The translations under genes and the position numbers were made by a program. A DNA stretch of 20,000 nt from an uncultured virus (IMG/VR IMGVR_UViG_3300020183_000055). Lineage: Duplodnaviria; Heunggongvirae; Uroviricota; Caudoviricetes. The DNA lies in IMG/VR virus record IMGVR_UViG_3300020183_000055, positions 54,534 through 74,533 of that record; one strand, given 5' to 3'. This document shows positions 7,168 through 16,392 of the stretch, piece after piece; within the stretch, counting starts at the first letter, position 1, and every line of letters begins with the position of its first letter. The notes beneath the pieces are model-generated. The model saw only the letters and a list, made by a program, of their open reading frames with translations, made no database searches and had not been told where the DNA came from.

Positions 7168-10100
7168 TCAAATTTTTTGTATCCTAAATGAAAAAGTCAT
7201 GGAATAATTTTGAGAGTTAGACAAATCGTATTCGAAGGAGTAAATCAAATCCGTTTGTTTAGTCAGTTGAAAATTTGTCTGGGCATAATAAGCGTACCTT
7301 ACTCTATCTGGATTAATTAAATCCCCTCTAACCAGAATTTCGGTAGATGTCAAATTTTGTCCGGTTTTTTTTACAAAAAGATTGAAAGAAATTCCCTCAT
7401 AAATGGGGGTAATGTTATTTTCGATGTAAGTGTCTATGTCATCATTTATGTTGTTAGGATTACCGACTCCAAAATCAGAAACCATATTATTTACAAAGAC
7501 GGTGGAAATTCCAGAGTTAAGAAGATATCTCCTCAAGATTCTATCCAATCTGATTATTCCGCTTACTGTGTTAGTAACTGGATTTTTCTGCCAGAAAACT
7601 TCAACTTGTGGAAAAATGTTTTGGTTTAACACGGGTAAATCAACTGTACTTAAATAAGTTCCAAGCTGTCCAATACCCGTATTAGAAGTTTCGGGGTTTA
7701 TATTTTGGATCAAAGGTACTGCCGTGTTAGCAGCCTCGTTGATATTAGGAACTATTGTAGTTCCGGTTTCTCTAGAAATTTCTAATGTAATAAATGTGTA
7801 AATTGTTATTGTATATGGGGTTTGCATCATTTTTGATCCCAAAAAAGATTTTAATTCCAACATTGATCTGGTACCAGCCACAGGGTTTTGATTTCTTGCG
7901 TTAGAAAAAACATTATAATAACCAGGATCCCATGAGGATAAAAAAACAGAAAAATCTTTGTAAGAAATTGGCGTCTGACCAACCAGCGGATATCTTGGTC
8001 CCTGGGGTAAATTTTGGGATGCTTCTAAAATATTTTGCCCCAAAGAAACCTTCGAAAATCCCAAATTTATTATTTTTCCAAAATTAGATTGTTCAGGAGC
8101 GAAAGTACAGTTTCTAAAACTCAGATCAACATAAGTATTTCTGGCTAATGTGTCGTTTTTATCCCCCTTGAATTTGAAAATCTTTTTGAAGAGAGGTTCA
8201 TATGGCCCATTATATCTTAGAATATCGGATGCATATTGAGATCCTCCTTCTACGATTTCAAACCCGGTAGGTTTATTTCTACTCAAAGTTTGGGGACCGT
8301 CGTAGCTTTTTTCTGGATAAACCCCCTCAGATTTAAATATTGCTGTTGGCTGTACCAAAGAAATTTGAAACTCATTTTGAGTAACGATCTCTGAATTGGT
8401 GGCAGTATCCCAGGAGTAAGTCGTGTATTTGATGTAAGGGCTCTCCACGTTTACTCTTTCGAAAATTTGAGATAGGGAAATTCTCTTCATGATAAAATCG
8501 AAGTAATTTCCTCCCCCCTCTACCTGAAAAACTGGATATCCGGCATATGCCGATCTCGGGCCAACAGGTATTGTAACTGGGTTAGAAATCGAAAATGGAA
8601 TTTGGAATACATAATCTGGAGAATCGATGGCCTGAAAATTAACCAGATTTTGTGATCTTCCAATCGGCCAAGGGTAAAGATAACTTTGGCTAGGAACAAC
8701 AAAACTACCTGCTCCAGTTCCTCCTACACTTCCAGTAGATCCTATTGGATAAAAAAGATTAATTTCTTCTCTCAAATCGGTATCATAGTTTGGATTGGAT
8801 ATGATGTAAACATTATTGTTGTTGTTCAAAGTTGTTACTGAAGATAAAGATGTTATCGATAAATCTAAAGCCGAAGACAATTTGGTGTCCGATATTTTGT
8901 AAAGCAAGGAACCAGTAGGACCAGGATCTCCGGTCAATCCTATCCCCGAATTCTGCTTTTTATCCACCAAACTGTACATTAAAAGATAATCCAAATAAGG
9001 ATCACCAGTTCCCCCGGTATTTACCAGGGGCAAAGCTCTATAATCTTTCATTACCACGGTGGTTACAAAAAGAACGAATTTTTGTTGGGTGTTTTCTATG
9101 ATTTCATATGTTACCGGGGATTGGATTGTGGTAGAGTCCTCCTGAATAACCCTTAAAATTGAGGAAAAATTATATCCTTCAAACCCCCTATAATTCAAAA
9201 TGTATTTGTCCAAATCTGAGGCTGGGTTTGGGTTACTACTTCTTCTTTTCAAAGAAATTTTAACTCCTCTGAAAACTGAATCATAAAATCCAGTTGCAGG
9301 GTTGTAAAAGAAAGGGGTAAAAAATTCTTTTGTTGTGTTTTTAGGATCTACATATGGGGACGGATAATCTGTAGGTTCAACAGTTAAAAAGGATGTTGTA
9401 TACAAAGAAGCACTAGGGTTGGCATTTCTGACCTGGCCCAAATCAATTTTACCGGGTAGATAGTTTTTTTGCTCGGAAATACCATACAAAGGAAATTCCA
9501 TGGGAACTCCTTCTAAAATAAACCACTCGTGGGTAAAATAAGAAGGATTTGGCTTATCCTTTTGGAAACTTGGAGAAAAATTAGTTGGCGAAAACGCGGG
9601 AGAAGAATTCAAACGATATATGTTTCCTCTAACGTCCGTTCCCCCGAGATATCCCCACTTATTTATGAAAGGAACAATTCTGGACACGTTAGATCTAGAA
9701 ACTGTAAAATTCTCCTGAAGATATTGATACTCCGTTGTTAATTTTCCATAATTGAAAACTTCCTGTTTGTTCAAAGAATTTGGTGCAGGGTTTGGATCTA
9801 TTATGGACTGAATTCCGTAAAATCCGATAAAAGAATTCAAATTTTGTTCAGCCGCAATTTGCGACATTGTGTAAGGGTAATTTTGATCCACCCAGCCAAC
9901 CTGACTGAAAATAGCAGGTAGAACTACGGCGTAAATTCCTAATGTCGAATATCCAGAATCGGCAAATAAATCTGAAGAAGAAGATCCAATAAAAGATTGT
10001 CCCTCAATATAGGTAGAAGAATCATAAGAAATTTGTCCTTGACGAACTAGATATTTAACATTTGGCTTAATTTGACCCGATTGATTTGGAACCAATTGAA

Positions 10101-12750
10101 AATATCTATGAAATTCTGGAGTAGGTGTTATTCCGTAGTTAGAAGAAAAGAAATCGAAATCAAAGTCTTTCAAATCAAAGAAAGAGAAAACCCCAGTTTC
10201 CAAACTCACAATTTCAAAAAGATTGAAATTCCCGTCTGTTCCTAAATCTATGATCGCATTTTCATCTTCTAAATTAGCAATAAGAAATTCATTGAATCCC
10301 CTGAAACCCGTTATTTTCGGGGTTATTTGAGAATTTCCAGAAAAAATAGGATCATCCACAAATCTAGTTACTTCTTTTATTCTAGAAACAGACCCAGTGA
10401 CACCCCTTCCGCTTTCAACCTCAATCCAAGTCCCAGGAACGATTTTATTTTCTTCCTGTATGGAAAAAATAACACGAGATTTCAAATAATTTGATCCACC
10501 GCGAAAATTCAAAAGTCCATTTAACTCAGAAGCATCTATACCATAGATCTTTAAAATTCCAGAAGGAGTGAAAGTTTGAAATAAATCCCAATCTGTATTA
10601 TTTAAAGGATTTGGATTCGACCCATTTGGAGATGACGGAATGATGGATTGTGCCACAAAGAAAATATCATCGAAAAGAACGATGTCGTCGATATTATATG
10701 ATTCTGTGTTTGACCAAACGCCCTGGTACTTTGATTCAAAATAATTGTAATTCGAAAATACGCCTATTTTGAATTGGGTGTTTCCATCGCTTCCCCCTTT
10801 TCTAACGCGGATAATTGATAAATTCTGAGAAGGGGAAGAATCCCAAACCACCGAGCTAATACTCTCAACACATTCACAGAAAGAAGATGCAATTTGTTGC
10901 GTAGTTCCTTCTGCTAAATTGAAATAATGATTATCTCCAGAGTTGTAAGATGAACCCGCTTTCCATCCCAAGATAGTACCTCCTAGTTTATTTGATTGTA
11001 TTAAATCATATTTTTGTCTCAAATTTCCTTTAGACCCTCCTGCCCATTGGATGATAAAAGTCACCTGCGTTGGTCCATCATAAGGGATTAAAAATTCGAC
11101 AAAAGAATTAGCATGCCCAATTGTTGATGGGATGATTCCACTGTAACCCCCAATTTTTTCTCCTGGTCCAGTAAAGTTCAAAAGATTCACACTTCGATTT
11201 GGTATAACCAAATTTCCGGAAGAAGCTCCAAAAGTCGAACCGGTGGCAAAAGTTTGATTCTCGAAAGGCCCAAATTGAGCAGCTTGTGGTGTGTTATCTT
11301 CCCAAATTGAAGTATTTGAATTGTAATTTTCAAATCTTTTTAAGGAATAAAATTGATCAAATTTGTCAGTAATGTAAAAAAGTTTTTGCGGGTCTGAAAC
11401 GTTAACGTCATATGATCCCGGGATCCAGCCTTCAGCTTCCTGATAAAACAACCTTACCCCTGTGGTCGAACTTTGAAAATTATTAGCGGTAGAGTTAAAA
11501 TAGCCAACGTCGTTCAAAATTGGTTTGGGTAAATTATTGTTTCCGGGGGAATCTTTGTACTTGAAGAAAAAATCTCCATTAAGCTTGAATGATCCCAAAC
11601 AATTTTTAGAAACATAACACCCAAAATATCGATTAATCGTATAAAGGTCAGAATCCGTGTCGTCAAACAAGAATTCCAAATTCAAAATGTTAGGTGATAT
11701 AATTTTATTCCTCGAAAAACCATCGGTGATATAATTTTCGAAATCTATCTGTGGAGTGGAGTCGCTCGAGATGAGATAATCAAACAAAAGTTCTCCTTTT
11801 CTAGTCATGATTCCTTTTTGAAAATCTATTCCATTGAAATAGCTGTAGGCATTCAATTGGAAAGAAAAATCTACAGGGGATGGACTGAATCCAGGATCAT
11901 TGACAATTGATCGAATGTATTTTCCAATTTTGGTGTTGGATCTCAAATCAAAAGTTGCTATAACTGTTGAATAGGGTAAAATTTTAGTGTTAAAATAACT
12001 TTCAACATCGTCCACTTCTGGTTGAAATAAAAGTTCGTCCATTAAAACGATCTTTCCACTCCCAGATAAAACCGTATAAGTAGAATAAACTGAATTTCCG
12101 GTAAAAAATTGTCCGGCAGAATAAATCAAATCGTTACCCAAAGAGTCCTTCCCATAAGAAACTTTGAAATTTTGTGTGGAAGAAACATCCTGAACCACTT
12201 TGTATTGAGACCCATTTTGGATTGACGTCTGGTTGGTAGAATAAGGATAACTTAAAGGCTCTGGAACCTTGAAGATGACAAAAAATTCAGGCAATTCACT
12301 TTTAATCCAAAGCGGTTGAAAATATTTGAAATTTTCGGGATAATTTCGATCAACTAAAGTAGAAGCCCCGGCACCATAAAAAAAATCATATTGACTCGAA
12401 AACTTTTCAACAGGTTTGGTAGAGCCGTCAGTAAAATTTCCAACCTGAAAAATTAAATCGGGATTTATGGAAGTGTCTGAAAATTTTCCACCAGAAAAAA
12501 ATCTTTGGAGATCTTTGGCGTAGGAGTTTGCCCCACTTATCTCAAATTTTTTGTACTTTTGGTCACTCAGAGTTGGATTAGCATCAAGAGAATTCAACCA
12601 AACTCTTCCCTCCGAATCCAAAGTAATTTTGATGTTACCTGAAATCTTAGGGTTTGTTCTTAGAACACCAAATGAAGAATTGGAATCAAAAAGTTTTGGT
12701 GGAGGTTCGCAAAGGGGAACATATGTCGGTGTTGGAGATGGAGTGCTCAT
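7168..12750 (-). CDS. Very large putative virion structural protein (baseplate/tail-associated), 1860 aa
   Basis: Long uninterrupted ORF in the structural cluster. The N-terminus SFGVLRTNPKISGNIKITLDS resembles hypothetical proteins I recall from large phages (not verified). Contains a CBM5/12-like motif and a duplicated small beta module. Confidence 0.6.
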   Translation of the reverse strand: MSTPSPTPTYVPLCEPPPKLFDSNSSFGVLRTNPKISGNIKITLDSEGRVWLNSLDANPTLSDQKYKKFEISGANSYAKDLQRFFSGGKFSDTSINPDLIFQVGNFTDGSTKPVEKFSSQYDFFYGAGASTLVDRNYPENFKYFQPLWIKSELPEFFVIFKVPEPLSYPYSTNQTSIQNGSQYKVVQDVSSTQNFKVSYGKDSLGNDLIYSAGQFFTGNSVYSTYTVLSGSGKIVLMDELLFQPEVDDVESYFNTKILPYSTVIATFDLRSNTKIGKYIRSIVNDPGFSPSPVDFSFQLNAYSYFNGIDFQKGIMTRKGELLFDYLISSDSTPQIDFENYITDGFSRNKIISPNILNLEFLFDDTDSDLYTINRYFGCYVSKNCLGSFKLNGDFFFKYKDSPGNNNLPKPILNDVGYFNSTANNFQSSTTGVRLFYQEAEGWIPGSYDVNVSDPQKLFYITDKFDQFYSLKRFENYNSNTSIWEDNTPQAAQFGPFENQTFATGSTFGASSGNLVIPNRSVNLLNFTGPGEKIGGYSGIIPSTIGHANSFVEFLIPYDGPTQVTFIIQWAGGSKGNLRQKYDLIQSNKLGGTILGWKAGSSYNSGDNHYFNLAEGTTQQIASSFCECVESISSVVWDSSPSQNLSIIRVRKGGSDGNTQFKIGVFSNYNYFESKYQGVWSNTESYNIDDIVLFDDIFFVAQSIIPSSPNGSNPNPLNNTDWDLFQTFTPSGILKIYGIDASELNGLLNFRGGSNYLKSRVIFSIQEENKIVPGTWIEVESGRGVTGSVSRIKEVTRFVDDPIFSGNSQITPKITGFRGFNEFLIANLEDENAIIDLGTDGNFNLFEIVSLETGVFSFFDLKDFDFDFFSSNYGITPTPEFHRYFQLVPNQSGQIKPNVKYLVRQGQISYDSSTYIEGQSFIGSSSSDLFADSGYSTLGIYAVVLPAIFSQVGWVDQNYPYTMSQIAAEQNLNSFIGFYGIQSIIDPNPAPNSLNKQEVFNYGKLTTEYQYLQENFTVSRSNVSRIVPFINKWGYLGGTDVRGNIYRLNSSPAFSPTNFSPSFQKDKPNPSYFTHEWFILEGVPMEFPLYGISEQKNYLPGKIDLGQVRNANPSASLYTTSFLTVEPTDYPSPYVDPKNTTKEFFTPFFYNPATGFYDSVFRGVKISLKRRSSNPNPASDLDKYILNYRGFEGYNFSSILRVIQEDSTTIQSPVTYEIIENTQQKFVLFVTTVVMKDYRALPLVNTGGTGDPYLDYLLMYSLVDKKQNSGIGLTGDPGPTGSLLYKISDTKLSSALDLSITSLSSVTTLNNNNNVYIISNPNYDTDLREEINLFYPIGSTGSVGGTGAGSFVVPSQSYLYPWPIGRSQNLVNFQAIDSPDYVFQIPFSISNPVTIPVGPRSAYAGYPVFQVEGGGNYFDFIMKRISLSQIFERVNVESPYIKYTTYSWDTATNSEIVTQNEFQISLVQPTAIFKSEGVYPEKSYDGPQTLSRNKPTGFEIVEGGSQYASDILRYNGPYEPLFKKIFKFKGDKNDTLARNTYVDLSFRNCTFAPEQSNFGKIINLGFSKVSLGQNILEASQNLPQGPRYPLVGQTPISYKDFSVFLSSWDPGYYNVFSNARNQNPVAGTRSMLELKSFLGSKMMQTPYTITIYTFITLEISRETGTTIVPNINEAANTAVPLIQNINPETSNTGIGQLGTYLSTVDLPVLNQNIFPQVEVFWQKNPVTNTVSGIIRLDRILRRYLLNSGISTVFVNNMVSDFGVGNPNNINDDIDTYIENNITPIYEGISFNLFVKKTGQNLTSTEILVRGDLINPDRVRYAYYAQTNFQLTKQTDLIYSFEYDLSNSQNYSMTFSFRIQKI

Positions 12751-12769
12751 TTCTTATTTTATCCAAAAA

Positions 12770-15700
12770 TTATGGTCTTCTTCTCCTTCTGGGGCCAGTC
12801 CCTAAATTAGGGGATCCACCAGTTGTAAAATTAGGAGAAGATAAAGTTTCATTTTTGTAACTTGAAAAAACAACTAAATCGAAAGAATATGGGCTTTCGT
12901 TTCTCACCTGAATGTCTATTCCTAATTTTTTGGTGTAACTAATATTCGTTGGATTTCCCCCAGAATTATATCCCCCAATATATCCTAATTTGTCAGTTGC
13001 TCTAAATTGATAAATAACAGGAATTATAATTGCGTTATTTATTCCTTGTTCTACAAATTGACTGGCCAAAGAAGTTGATCCTTGTACCTGTAATAAAGAA
13101 GAGGTTGCAGGCCCCAGAAAAAGATAAGCCCCGCAAGAATATTTACCAATGAGCCATTCATCGTTAGATTCGAATCCTAGTTTAAATGGATACATAGAGT
13201 CCTCTCTTTGGGCAGTGGCTCCGGTTACAAAATTATCAGTAACTGGGATATAACCTAATTGCCACCAATAATTTGGGGTTTTAACATCGTAATAGAAATA
13301 ATCGGACTGTCTGAAAGCAGGGTAAACCACTGTTCCAGCAGATGAAAAATCGGGTTTAACCAAATTTGTGAATGATTGTCCTTGACCCGTCAGCAAAGCT
13401 GGATGATTTTTATGAATACAAAACTCACTCAGTGTACCATTTCCCAATGCAACATATGTTCCAGTGGACCCTGTATACCCACCGTTCCAAACAGAACCAT
13501 TGAGTCCGGAAGCAGTAGGAACGGTGGTAACTGATGGATCAAAGGGAATTAAAGAGGAACCATTTTGTGGTTGGCCATTTGAATTACCTTGATAATCATA
13601 ATTATTAGCATAAGATTGTGGTTGCTGATATAAATCTTGGTTCAGCCCAACACTCTTCCATCTCGGATAAATGAACTGCGAATTAGAATTACCGGAAGCG
13701 TAGGGAGGAGCCTGTCCCAACTCTTGGAATGACTCGTTATTTGCGTTACCAGTAGATCCAGGTGGTATAATATCGGCAGGAGTTAATGACGTAATTGAAA
13801 TTCCTATCTCTCCATATTTCAAATTTGTGGAATAATTTTCAGGAAAAGAAGAAGATACAGAAGTTCCTGCAAGTGTATTTAATCCACCAGGAAGGGATGA
13901 TGCTAGTTCTAAAGCTCCAGCAGCAGTATTAACCAGTTTTAATTGTAGTATTTTAGCTGCAATTTTTCCTGCGTCACTGGTGGTAGGATTGCTAAAAATT
14001 TGATTGTAATATCCTCCATCTACAAGAAGTGTTTGACCTTTTGTGATAACAGCGGTATTTCCAGCTTCATCAACCAGTTGTACTTCTAGAACTCCATTAG
14101 ATTTTTCAACGAATGCTCTGAGAGTAGCAATCTGATTTTGCATATCGGTGAGGACTTGAAACAAGTCCAATTGGTTTCCCGCCGAATCTGTGAATCCAGT
14201 TGAAATTACCGGAGCATCCAACAGGAAATTTTTATTCCCGCTGGTGAACTGTCTTGCTAGTAATGAGTCTATACCTCTAGAAGATAAGTCCTGCTGTATT
14301 TCAAGGAGAGCTTGATCTTTAAGATTACTGGATAAATTAACCGTTGCACTTTCCGTTTGTGCATCGGCAGGGAAGGAAACTGTAATTGGCTCTGACCATT
14401 CAGAAGTGATTGGATTATCTGGCCATCCAGCTTCAGAAACAGCTTTGATTCTAATTTCAACTTGTTCCCCAGCCGTTATCGGGATATCTGCTTGATTTAT
14501 ATTATTTGCATCGGCATCATCAGTAGCTTCTGGTGCCCAAACATATGTTCCTGTGTTTAAGTCATACACTTTCGATCTGATATCGGTTATATATTTGTTC
14601 CAGTTGCTAAAAGCTCCAGTCTTTTGTTGACCGTTATTGTCTAAAAATTCAATTTGTTGAACTGCAGGGGCAATACCAGAATCGCTTAAATAACGATATT
14701 CGATTATAAATTGAATTACTTCTTGTTTTCCTGTAGCAGGGCTTTGTTTAGGTGGGGGTATAGGCCAGAATCCCCTAACTCTATATTTTGGCTGAGCCGT
14801 CAATCCAGGATCTGTTAAACTTAAAGATGAAATATCAGTAACAACAGATGCCAGCAACAGTTGTTTTTGTGCTCTCTGTTGGGTTAAAGAATTTAAATTC
14901 GCCTGTAAAGACTGAGTGTTCTGTGTTGTATTTGTTAAACTTCCTACGGTAGAAGAAATAGAATCAGAAGCACCAAATCTTGCCTGCGCAGCAACTGAGG
15001 TATTGCTGGCAGAATTTATTTGAGCCCTATTTGTGTTAATTGAATTGTCTAATTGTGAAATTTCACTTTGAAGAGTTGACTTCAAAGCAACTTTTTCATT
15101 CAATGTTTTGACAGACGTTGATTGTGTCAGCTGGGTGTTGATTTGAACAACTCTAAAATTTGTTGGGACTATGCTCGGGGTATCTGGGGTCAATCCAGAA
15201 ATTGCCGCTATTTTTTTCTCTTTCGCCATCGCCAAAAGTTGCTGACCCAAATCGGCAACTGATCCAAGATAAAATTGTTCTAAGGTTTGAATCCCTACGG
15301 TGGTATTTATCCTCAATTGGTTGCTCCAGAAAACAAATCCAGGAGACCAAGAAGAAGCAACAATATTGTAATTGTCATCTATTTTTTTAAAAAATACCCC
15401 TTGTCTTTCGTTATAACCAATATTGACGTCTACGAATCTTGGATTAAATTGGGTAGATAAAAGTGTCAATGTATTAGGGCCAATTGTGACCGGTTGATAA
15501 CCAGATGTTCTTTTTAATTGAACCGAAGTTTCATTGATGTTAATCGAAATAATTTCATATCTAGTTCCATCTGGAGTTAGGAGAACATTCCCAACCTCTA
15601 AAGTTCTTCCGTTTGTCACCCCAGTACTCGTGTCGGTGTACTGAACAGAGCTTAGCTTGTAATTTCTTCTTGTTTCCTGTACAGTCTGTCCATTCGCGTC

Positions 15701-16381
15701 TGTGGTACTGACCGTATCATCGTAGAAAGATAAAACCCCGAAATTTCCTTTATTTCTAATTGTTCTCAAAGGTAATGGAATGATTTCTTCATCGACAAAA
15801 TAGAAAATTCCATTATCAGTCAAGGAGTTAATAAATTCTTGTTCACCTATGTTGTTTCTTCCATTAAGATTGGCATCGAAATAAGCTTTTTGTGCATCGG
15901 TCTCTGTGTTGGCAATAATTCTTTTTACTAAAATTCTGTCGGCATCATCTGGAAGTTGTCCCGTTACATCTATGCTGATGTACAACAGGGGGGAAAGAAA
16001 ACTTTCAAAAAACCAATTGTCTCTAGCTAAAAATGTGGAGGGAACCGGAAGATTAACAAAGGGTTTAGGATCACGAAGAGGCTCTGCTTTATAAATTTGG
16101 GAATATGTTCCATCAGGATTCCTGATTGTGGAAAAGTTGTCCCCTAAACCGGATAAAGATTGAATGTTTTTATCTAATCGTTCAATTTGTGAACTTAAAT
16201 ACCCATAGGCCGGAATGCTAACATTAGTTGGAAATCCTGCCTCGTCCAACATTTCAATTTGAACTGTCTGATTTGTAGAGGTCGCAACCTCGTTAAGCCC
16301 ATTGATAATTTCCAATGCGTTCTTTTGCAATCTTAGAAATTGAGCTACTAGAGAACTAATACTGTTTTGAGTGCCTGACAT
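12770..16381 (-). CDS. Large putative virion structural protein with coiled coil and fibronectin-III-like domain, 1203 aa
   Basis: Coiled coil (TLNEKVALKSTLQSEISQLDNSINTNRAQI...LQANLNSLTQQRAQKQLLL) and FN3-like strands (GEQVEIRIKAVSEAG...SEWSEPITV); ends in PRRRRRP. Confidence 0.6.
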   Translation of the reverse strand: MSGTQNSISSLVAQFLRLQKNALEIINGLNEVATSTNQTVQIEMLDEAGFPTNVSIPAYGYLSSQIERLDKNIQSLSGLGDNFSTIRNPDGTYSQIYKAEPLRDPKPFVNLPVPSTFLARDNWFFESFLSPLLYISIDVTGQLPDDADRILVKRIIANTETDAQKAYFDANLNGRNNIGEQEFINSLTDNGIFYFVDEEIIPLPLRTIRNKGNFGVLSFYDDTVSTTDANGQTVQETRRNYKLSSVQYTDTSTGVTNGRTLEVGNVLLTPDGTRYEIISININETSVQLKRTSGYQPVTIGPNTLTLLSTQFNPRFVDVNIGYNERQGVFFKKIDDNYNIVASSWSPGFVFWSNQLRINTTVGIQTLEQFYLGSVADLGQQLLAMAKEKKIAAISGLTPDTPSIVPTNFRVVQINTQLTQSTSVKTLNEKVALKSTLQSEISQLDNSINTNRAQINSASNTSVAAQARFGASDSISSTVGSLTNTTQNTQSLQANLNSLTQQRAQKQLLLASVVTDISSLSLTDPGLTAQPKYRVRGFWPIPPPKQSPATGKQEVIQFIIEYRYLSDSGIAPAVQQIEFLDNNGQQKTGAFSNWNKYITDIRSKVYDLNTGTYVWAPEATDDADANNINQADIPITAGEQVEIRIKAVSEAGWPDNPITSEWSEPITVSFPADAQTESATVNLSSNLKDQALLEIQQDLSSRGIDSLLARQFTSGNKNFLLDAPVISTGFTDSAGNQLDLFQVLTDMQNQIATLRAFVEKSNGVLEVQLVDEAGNTAVITKGQTLLVDGGYYNQIFSNPTTSDAGKIAAKILQLKLVNTAAGALELASSLPGGLNTLAGTSVSSSFPENYSTNLKYGEIGISITSLTPADIIPPGSTGNANNESFQELGQAPPYASGNSNSQFIYPRWKSVGLNQDLYQQPQSYANNYDYQGNSNGQPQNGSSLIPFDPSVTTVPTASGLNGSVWNGGYTGSTGTYVALGNGTLSEFCIHKNHPALLTGQGQSFTNLVKPDFSSAGTVVYPAFRQSDYFYYDVKTPNYWWQLGYIPVTDNFVTGATAQREDSMYPFKLGFESNDEWLIGKYSCGAYLFLGPATSSLLQVQGSTSLASQFVEQGINNAIIIPVIYQFRATDKLGYIGGYNSGGNPTNISYTKKLGIDIQVRNESPYSFDLVVFSSYKNETLSSPNFTTGGSPNLGTGPRRRRRP

Positions 16382-16392
16382 GTTTTTGAATT

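Noticed and set aside
8812..8826. (AAC/AAT)5 microsatellite-like run
   Set aside because: It simply encodes NNNNN in frame with mixed codons and is too short to suggest phase variation.
7168..12750. Intein or intron explaining the size of the 1860-aa ORF
   Set aside because: No recognisable intein splice-junction blocks or LAGLIDADG/HNH motifs, and the frame is uninterrupted.
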